Origin: a virus
Length of the DNA: 64,000 nt
IMG/VR virus record: IMGVR_UViG_3300000970_000006
Strand: one strand, 5' to 3'
Part shown: positions 57,700-64,000 of the stretch, in pieces
Layout of the letters: each line of letters begins with the position of its first letter
Numbering within the stretch: the first letter of the stretch is position 1
Translations under genes and position numbers: made by a program
Notes under the pieces: generated by a model
What the model was told of the DNA's origin: nothing
What the model saw: only the letters and a program-made list of their open reading frames with translations
Database searches by the model: none

Positions 57700-58254
57700 A
57701 TGTTACTAAAAAATAAACTAACCTCTATGGCTTTAGCTATGGCAATATCATTTATTCCAGCAACGGCTCAATCACAACTTTTTAAAGACACTTATATGGT
57801 TGTTAAAGTCAAAAAAACTGGTTCAATATCAGGTGTTAAAGGTCCATATGATGGAATTCCAAATTGCAAAAGCGATATTATTCAGTTAAAATTTGATTTA
57901 TTAGCTGAATATGGCACGTATCAGTGGGGAATTCACCCAAAACATTTTTCTTTTTCTTGTGATTCATATATTAAAGCGCCTGATTTAACATGGACAAAAC
58001 AAGAAGAAGATGAACTAATAGCGTTGACGCAGGCTGAAAAAGCTCCTGCGGTTCCGACTAAAATCTATATGTTGATTGTTCCAAAAAATGGAACAGAAAC
58101 TATAGGTTATGAAGGACCATTTGATGAAATGAAAGATTGCGATACAGCAGTAGCTAAATTTTTATCAAAAAATCGATTGTCGAAACTAACATCATTACCA
58201 AAGGGATGTTTTGCTCTCGAAGAAGCTCCACAGTCACGTAACTCAGCTGGATAG
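57700..58254 (+). CDS. exported hypothetical protein
   Basis: Signal peptide ending AQS; two GP(Y/F)D...C modules. Confidence 0.7.
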   Translation: MLLKNKLTSMALAMAISFIPATAQSQLFKDTYMVVKVKKTGSISGVKGPYDGIPNCKSDIIQLKFDLLAEYGTYQWGIHPKHFSFSCDSYIKAPDLTWTKQEEDELIALTQAEKAPAVPTKIYMLIVPKNGTETIGYEGPFDEMKDCDTAVAKFLSKNRLSKLTSLPKGCFALEEAPQSRNSAG

Positions 58255-58308
58255 AGTGTCTGCCTTCTAAGCAGAAAGTCATAGGTTCGAATCCTATCGT
58301 GACTGCCA
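58232..58308 (+). tRNA. tRNA-Arg (anticodon UCU)
   Basis: AGTCACG/CGTGACT acceptor stem, TCTGC-CTTCTAA-GCAGA anticodon arm, GGTTCGAATCC T-arm, encoded CCA. Confidence 0.93.
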
Positions 58309-58313
58309 TAAAT

Positions 58314-58341
58314 AAAAAGGGGCCAATTGGCCCCTTTTTTT
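58314..58341. terminator. bidirectional intrinsic terminator
   Basis: A-run, GGGGCC-AATT-GGCCCC, T-run, between convergent units. Confidence 0.88.
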
Positions 58342-58352
58342 AGTAAAATTTA

Positions 58353-58670
58353 TTAATCCTTTAAAGTATTAATTTGATTTTCAATATGTTTTCTTTGAAT
58401 TTTTAATTTTTCTAATTTTTCTTTATTAATAGTTTGTGAAATTTCTACAATTTCATAGTGAAACCAACTAACTTTTGTTTCATCTGAAAAATAAACGTTG
58501 CAACCTAACGAATTACATGAAATGACTACACCTTTTTTACCATCCGCTTTGTGCGTTATTGTATCACCTTGTTTTATATGTGAATAATAATCAGAATTAA
58601 TTTTTTCCGGGTCGGTATGACATGCCGCCACGCTGAGAACAACAGCACTTAACATAAGTAATTTTTTCAT
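58353..58670 (-). CDS. putative lipoprotein
   Basis: Lipobox VAAC. Confidence 0.65.
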   Translation of the reverse strand: MKKLLMLSAVVLSVAACHTDPEKINSDYYSHIKQGDTITHKADGKKGVVISCNSLGCNVYFSDETKVSWFHYEIVEISQTINKEKLEKLKIQRKHIENQINTLKD

Positions 58671-58876
58671 TGCTTTTTTCCATTTTCTGTTTCATTTAAT
58701 ACGTGAATGTGTTCATATATTTCATCTTTTGTGCCACCATTGACACATTTAATTATCTTAGTTTTGCCGTCAAAGTCTTTCCTAAGAGAAGAAACGAATG
58801 ACCTGTCAAAATCTCCCATTCCTATTCTCCATACATCCGAGTCTACCGGTTTAAATACTAGCAAATAATATGTCAT
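58667..58876 (-). CDS. hypothetical protein
   Basis: 69 aa coupled ORF. Confidence 0.55.
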   Translation of the reverse strand: MTYYLLVFKPVDSDVWRIGMGDFDRSFVSSLRKDFDGKTKIIKCVNGGTKDEIYEHIHVLNETENGKKQ

Positions 58877-59550
58877 TAACCGTTTCCGATTTGAAGGGTT
58901 TTGTTTTTACCTGACGCTTGAGCATTTAAAGAAATTGAGTTAGCCGCCATACGAGCAGCTAAATTTGTCTTATTGCCTTTTAACATTTTTGAATTTGCGT
59001 CAGGATAAATTTTATCCATTAATTCATCAATTTGATTCACGGGCACAAGAGCATTATATCCGTTTTCAAGACTTTGTGGTTTATCTCTAGTAAGCCGATT
59101 TAATCGAGCCGCCATCGCATTTGCTACTGCCGTATTTCCTTTAGCAATAGTTGTAACTTTTTCCTCGTTTACAAGTTCTCTTGATTTACGCTTTACCGCT
59201 CGAAATATGTATGGCTGCATTGCATGAAATGTTGCTACAGCAGATTCACGGCCAAAAACATCATAATGAATAAAACTACGATGCGTTTGCCACACAATTC
59301 TGCATCCGTAATAACGACTAATTGCCGTCATAAGAGTTTTTGACCAAGAATAAACTTTAGATACTTTTACACCTTCTTTATCATGAATAACAGGGTCTTC
59401 AGTATCAAGAGTTCCTAAATCACTCAATTCAAGTTGATGAGCTTCGAGTAATTCATGTACTTTTGCCATAAACAACTCAGATTCATGCTCATTATCTGTA
59501 CCCTCAGCTTTAGCTAATAGGTTATTAATTTTTTTAATAATTTTAGACAT
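58876..59550 (-). CDS. DUF2786-like protein
   Basis: KINNLLAKAEGTDNEHESELFMAKVHELL N-terminus; promoter TGTTCA-17 nt-TATAAT at 59580-59608 (-). Confidence 0.75.
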   Translation of the reverse strand: MSKIIKKINNLLAKAEGTDNEHESELFMAKVHELLEAHQLELSDLGTLDTEDPVIHDKEGVKVSKVYSWSKTLMTAISRYYGCRIVWQTHRSFIHYDVFGRESAVATFHAMQPYIFRAVKRKSRELVNEEKVTTIAKGNTAVANAMAARLNRLTRDKPQSLENGYNALVPVNQIDELMDKIYPDANSKMLKGNKTNLAARMAANSISLNAQASGKNKTLQIGNG

Positions 59551-59627
59551 CTTTTAGTTCTCCATGTTTTAATATAAATATTATACATCAAAAACATCAT
59601 AATGAACATATTGAAAGTCATAAATAA

Positions 59628-60380
59628 ATGGAAATGAAACTACTAAGAACAGTATTTTTTGCACTATTATTAGCAATAATAACGTCTGTAATAATTATGT
59701 TTGCTAGCGAAAAGGCTAAAGCGCAATCAGCAAATGTTACTGACGGAATTAATTTTTCTGGATGTCCTCAATTTAAACCTTTTGATATTGAGTATTTAGG
59801 TCAAAGAAATTTAATAACTATATGTCGTATTAATTATGCTGTTATTTATGATACAACGTGTAAAATACCCGTAATGACGTTTGAACGATTACGACCTGAA
59901 GATATTGACGGAGACGCTAAAAGATACCGTAATTTCTTATACGACCCGACAGTTGATAGAAATATGCAGGGAAATTCCAGAGATTACCGAAAATCTGGTT
60001 ACGACAGAGGCCATATGGTTGCTTCTGCTAATATGAGAGAAAATTCAGCGTCCCAAAAACAAACATTTTATTTTACAAATATAGTTCCTCAATTTCCTAA
60101 ATTTAATCGTGGTTCATGGAAAACTATTGAAAACCAAACTCGTAATTTCATTAATCAAAATGTTGATACTTATGTTGTTACAGGAGCTATAGCGAATGGC
60201 AAAGATATTATAGGAAATAATGTATGTGTGCCTCAGATAATGTGGAAATACGTTTTGCCTACAGACGACCACCAAGACGGAATATATTTTGTAAACGCAA
60301 ATATAAATTCAAGAAAAAATGCATTGAATACGGATTTAACTGATATTCAATTATTATCACAATTTAAATGGACATTTTGA
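59628..60380 (+). CDS. DNA/RNA non-specific endonuclease (NucA/EndoG family) with signal peptide
   Basis: SGYDRGHM, TFYFTNIVPQ...FNRGSW..IE; N-terminal hydrophobic signal ending AKA. Confidence 0.92.
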   Translation: MEMKLLRTVFFALLLAIITSVIIMFASEKAKAQSANVTDGINFSGCPQFKPFDIEYLGQRNLITICRINYAVIYDTTCKIPVMTFERLRPEDIDGDAKRYRNFLYDPTVDRNMQGNSRDYRKSGYDRGHMVASANMRENSASQKQTFYFTNIVPQFPKFNRGSWKTIENQTRNFINQNVDTYVVTGAIANGKDIIGNNVCVPQIMWKYVLPTDDHQDGIYFVNANINSRKNALNTDLTDIQLLSQFKWTF

Positions 60381-60520
60381 TGCCAAATATTCATATTCAA
60401 TTTTTCTTCGGGTCTGCCATTGCAACATCATGTTTTTGTGAGTTATTTTTGCAATGGCCAACTGGACCAACTTTTATTTTTAGTTTTATAATGGGATTAA
60501 TTTTAACTTTTTGTTATTGG

Positions 60521-60877
60521 TTATCTTAAAGATATAAATTTGCGCATTGAGAATTCGCCTTTAATAGTTGAGTTCTCAATTAAGCGTTTAAATTCTGTAA
60601 ACGCAATATCTTCCAATTTTAATTCATCGATAATTTCATTAACTGCAATTGACGCTAATTCACGTTCGCCTAAAGTTTTTAATTTATATCCTTTAATAAA
60701 TACTTTTTCATTAGATGAATAAAACCAATATTTATTCTTTAGAACGCTAAATGATTTTCTCCAATTAACATCAGAGCAATCAATCCTGATTTTATCGCCT
60801 TTTGTATTAGTCTCTAATTTTATTTTATAAATGCTCATAATAGGTAAATCCTGTACTTGTAAATAAACATATAACAT
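60521..60877 (-). CDS. hypothetical protein
   Basis: 118 aa ORF, start uncertain. Confidence 0.5.
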   Translation of the reverse strand: MLYVYLQVQDLPIMSIYKIKLETNTKGDKIRIDCSDVNWRKSFSVLKNKYWFYSSNEKVFIKGYKLKTLGERELASIAVNEIIDELKLEDIAFTEFKRLIENSTIKGEFSMRKFISLR

Positions 60878-60901
60878 ACAATGGAGTTTTAGTAAAACAC
60901 A

Positions 60902-61135
60902 ATGTTCTTAATATACACAAAGCCGTCATGCATTTATTGCGATAAAGCCAAATATCTTCTTCAAGAAAAAGGCTTGGAATACGAAGAAATAAAAATAACG
61001 GCAGATAATAGACAAGAATTATTTGATGAAATATCACTTTTAACTGGACGAGCTCCAACAACAGTTCCTCAAATATTTGACGGCGATAATTATATCGGCG
61101 GATTTAACGAATTGGATAAATGCTTAAATGTCTAA
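60902..61135 (+). CDS. glutaredoxin
   Basis: CIYC, TVPQIF, IGGF. Confidence 0.93.
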   Translation: MFLIYTKPSCIYCDKAKYLLQEKGLEYEEIKITADNRQELFDEISLLTGRAPTTVPQIFDGDNYIGGFNELDKCLNV

Positions 61136-61682
61136 TTCATTATTGGTAGGAGTAGACTATTCTTTGTCTAGTCCTGCCGTTACATATTCGTATAAAAACA
61201 AAATCCATTCTCTAGGCTTTACATCGTTAAAAAGTTCTGGTGAAATGCATAAAAGAGAAATTCGCGAAAATCATTTTATAACAATTGACCGTTTGTCCCC
61301 ATGGGAAACTGACCAAGAGCGATATCATAATATTGCCGAAAAAATATTTAATTTCATTCCTATGGTTCCGGATGAAATTATGTTTGAAGGTTATGCTTTT
61401 GCGGCTAAAGGCAGAGTGTTTAATATTGCTGAAGGTTGCCAAACTCTCAAAATGCTTTATTATAAAGGGAATGGTAAAACTATTATAAGTGACGTTCCCC
61501 CAAATACACTAAAAAAATTTGCTACTGGCTCAGGACGAGCCGGTAAGCCTGATATGTTAGAAGCATATATTAAAAATGTAGGCATTGATTTATACAAAGA
61601 ATTAGGTAGATCGAAACCTGCTGAAGATATTATTGATAGTTATTTCTGTTTGAAATATTTAGAAAGTGCAAAAAATGAGTGA
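61128..61682 (+). CDS. RuvC-like Holliday junction resolvase / RNase H-fold nuclease
   Basis: GVDYSLSSPA, FEGYAF, PNTLKKFATGSG.A.K, DIIDSY. Confidence 0.85.
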   Translation: MSNSLLVGVDYSLSSPAVTYSYKNKIHSLGFTSLKSSGEMHKREIRENHFITIDRLSPWETDQERYHNIAEKIFNFIPMVPDEIMFEGYAFAAKGRVFNIAEGCQTLKMLYYKGNGKTIISDVPPNTLKKFATGSGRAGKPDMLEAYIKNVGIDLYKELGRSKPAEDIIDSYFCLKYLESAKNE

Positions 61683-61914
61683 TATTATTCAGTTTCGAAC
61701 CCCTATTTTTGATATTGAAGATAGTTCAAAATTTGACCCGATGATTTATACCGTTGAAGAAATGTCAAAAGTATTTTTCGATCTGTATACAGAATATTCG
61801 GATGAAATTATCAGTGCTGAAGCTGTTATCGAATTATCAACATTATTTGTTAAGGCTCATGAGGTTCTTGCTGCTGAACTAGAACAACAAGGTATTTCAA
61901 TGGATTTAAAATGA
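61666..61914 (+). CDS. hypothetical protein
   Basis: 82 aa acidic ORF. Confidence 0.55.
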   Translation: MQKMSDIIQFRTPIFDIEDSSKFDPMIYTVEEMSKVFFDLYTEYSDEIISAEAVIELSTLFVKAHEVLAAELEQQGISMDLK

Positions 61915-61944
61915 TGTTATAATAGACATCATTGGAGAAAATAC

Positions 61945-63168
61945 ATGGCAATTAAATTCAAAAAACCATTAGGCGTAAATGCTAAAATGGGTTATGAACC
62001 TGAGAACGAAGACCTGACGAATAATATTCAATTGGGTCGAGCACTTCACTGGTATAATAATTATGGAACTATTCAAGATTCTCAAGAAATCATAGTAACA
62101 TATATGAATAAATTAGGTCATTCAAACGTCGCTGACCGGTTTAAAAAATTAAATAATGTAGGAATGAGTTACATTAAACAATTAGGTTGGTTATTACGAC
62201 TTATTGACCGAGGCTGTATTATAGGAGCCGAAGCATTAGACCAAATGGAAGACTGTTTTCAAAAACTTGAGTTAGCTGAATTAAAATCAGAAATTTATTC
62301 AAGAAGCCTTGCGCCTGCTGTTAAAAAACCAAAACCTGTTTCCTTATGGCCAACAGTTCTTGAAATCATTGAAAATTCGATATACGCTGATAAGCCACAA
62401 AAAAGCATTGATGTGTTGCAATTGCTAGAGGAATATAAAATTCCTAAGGGCGATTATCAAAAAATTATTAAACCAATAGACCTTATTAGAAAAGAATTAA
62501 GCATTATAACTAAACCGCCAAAAGATGTTCTTTCTGCCTATAAAGAACGCAAATCTTTAATGGACAAATATAATGATTTATGCGACCGTATTGCAGACCG
62601 TGGAAGTCCCACCGAAATTATGGCTGAACGTTTAGCACAAATGGAAAGTGATTTAAAAGACGTAGATAATGCCGATGCTCAATTACTTGAAATGGAAATT
62701 GATAAATCGTTAGCCAAAAAACAACATGAATTAGCCGTATCTGCCATATCTCAATTAACACAAGTTAAATCATCAGGCAAAAAAGTTCGAAAAAAGAAAC
62801 CTATTGATGCAGCGAAAATGGCGAGCAAAGTTAAATACTTGCAGAAATTTGACGAATTAAATTTAAACTCAATACGTCCTGAATTATGCGTAGGCGCTAA
62901 ACGAATTGTTGCATATAATGTGAAGTATAAAAAAATCAGTATATGGAATGCAGTTGACGGACAAAAATTTATTTTCTCTGGTTCAACGTTAAAAAATGTT
63001 GATACTGGATTAAGTAAAACATTAAGAAAACCTAAAGAATTTTTTGAAGGCTATGGTAAAATGACACTAGCTCAACAGAATAAAAGATACAAAGCGCTAA
63101 AAACTAAAGAGCAGCAGTCGGCACCACGATTAAACGAACACACTATTATATTGAGAGCAGACGTATAA
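61945..63168 (+). CDS. conserved T4-superfamily hypothetical protein
   Basis: ALHWYN, SIRPE..VGA...YNVK, SKTLRKP, RLNEHTIILR motifs. Confidence 0.75.
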   Translation: MAIKFKKPLGVNAKMGYEPENEDLTNNIQLGRALHWYNNYGTIQDSQEIIVTYMNKLGHSNVADRFKKLNNVGMSYIKQLGWLLRLIDRGCIIGAEALDQMEDCFQKLELAELKSEIYSRSLAPAVKKPKPVSLWPTVLEIIENSIYADKPQKSIDVLQLLEEYKIPKGDYQKIIKPIDLIRKELSIITKPPKDVLSAYKERKSLMDKYNDLCDRIADRGSPTEIMAERLAQMESDLKDVDNADAQLLEMEIDKSLAKKQHELAVSAISQLTQVKSSGKKVRKKKPIDAAKMASKVKYLQKFDELNLNSIRPELCVGAKRIVAYNVKYKKISIWNAVDGQKFIFSGSTLKNVDTGLSKTLRKPKEFFEGYGKMTLAQQNKRYKALKTKEQQSAPRLNEHTIILRADV

Positions 63169-63391
63169 CTTTAAGATTAGCAACTCATATGATATCCTAT
63201 CCGTACAATTAAAAGGATAGTAATATGATTTTAGAACACACTTATGTAAATCCACGCACTCAAGTAAATGAACAATCCGCAATTCGACGACTATTTTCTC
63301 AAGATAAAAAACTTGAAGATGCTATTATTCAAGTTGTGAAAGATAATAAAAAATTAAAAAAGCGTATTAAGGAATTGGAACGAGTTATTTA

Positions 63392-64000
63392 ATGATACTT
63401 TTAGATTTTTCTCAAGTTTGTTATGCTGTTATATTAACAGAATCACAAAGAACTGGAATTAATGAAGATAGTAAAGGAATGATTAAACATATTGTTCTTA
63501 ATATTATTCGAAAATATAATTCCAGCTTCAAAGAATATGGTGATTTAGTTGTATGCTGCGATGCTAAAACTTCATGGCGTCGGGATTATTTTCCTCATTA
63601 TAAAGGAAATAGAAAGAAAAATAGAGATGAGCAGACGGATATTGACTGGTCATTTTTATTTGAACTTCTTCAAGAAATTAAATCTGACATTAAAATCAAT
63701 TTTCCTATTAAAGTTATAACAGAGCCAGGTTATGAAGCTGATGATTTAATAGCGTCATTTTCGATTAACTCAAATGAAAAAAATCTAATTGTTTCTTCGG
63801 ATAAAGATTTTTATCAATTGAAAAAATGGGCAAACATAGACCAATGGCATCCGTTGAAAAATGTTTTAGTTTCAGCTGATAATCTTGACGACCATATAAT
63901 GATGCATATAATCAAAGGGGATAATGGTGATGGTATTCCTCCTATGTATTGCAAAAAGAATCATTATATGAACGAAACAACAGGTAGAGCACCATCGTTT
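63392..64000 (+). CDS. rnh: RNase H / 5'-3' exonuclease (T4 rnh), runs off the window edge
   Basis: Hand translation MILLDFSQ...CCDAKTSWRRDYFPHYKGNRKK...EADDLIA...SSDKDF.QL...KGDNGDGIP. Confidence 0.92.
   Translation, partial: MILLDFSQVCYAVILTESQRTGINEDSKGMIKHIVLNIIRKYNSSFKEYGDLVVCCDAKTSWRRDYFPHYKGNRKKNRDEQTDIDWSFLFELLQEIKSDIKINFPIKVITEPGYEADDLIASFSINSNEKNLIVSSDKDFYQLKKWANIDQWHPLKNVLVSADNLDDHIMMHIIKGDNGDGIPPMYCKKNHYMNETTGRAPSF

Noticed and set aside
221-61488. Many short antisense or alternate-frame ORFs in the track (e.g. 221-442, 6833-7213, 20547-20951, 21435-21761, 53377-53751)
   Set aside because: They lie inside well-supported genes, lack motifs and look like shadow ORFs.
1-64000. Stop-codon reassignment
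   Set aside because: Core genes are full length under the standard code, TAA/TAG/TGA all end genes, and neither tRNA is a suppressor.
1-64000. Prophage, integrase, reverse transcriptase or diversity-generating retroelement
   Set aside because: No integrase, repressor, RT motifs, template/variable repeat pair or host genes were seen.

Overview
64 kb of an AT-rich, lytic T4-superfamily myovirus genome read with the standard genetic code. It holds the recombination/late-transcription block (uvsW, uvsY, gp3, gp46, gp47, gp55), the head/tail block (gp17-gp23), the replisome block (gp45, gp44, gp62, split gp43, uvsX, gp41, then gp61 primase, ligase, RNase H), a class II (B12-dependent) ribonucleotide reductase, two tRNAs, two free-standing homing endonucleases and many accessory genes. 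Most notable: (1) a gene cluster after the helicase that looks like a cytosine-substitution pathway (dCMP-type thymidylate-synthase homologue, nucleotide kinase, MazG-like pyrophosphatase, alpha/beta hydrolase, PD-(D/E)XK-like nuclease), in a phage whose DNA polymerase has SEYPS in place of SLYPS; (2) a family of probable head-packaged, protease-processed internal proteins, one built like a polyprotein; (3) a relaxed late promoter WATANATA; (4) strong GATC avoidance alongside a divergent Dam-family methylase; (5) TTG starts on many core replication genes, with regA missing from its usual position; (6) a promoter-fed hairpin array upstream of gp55; (7) a tRNA-Arg overlapping the stop codon of the upstream CDS. 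All calls come from motif recognition by eye; no database searches were run.
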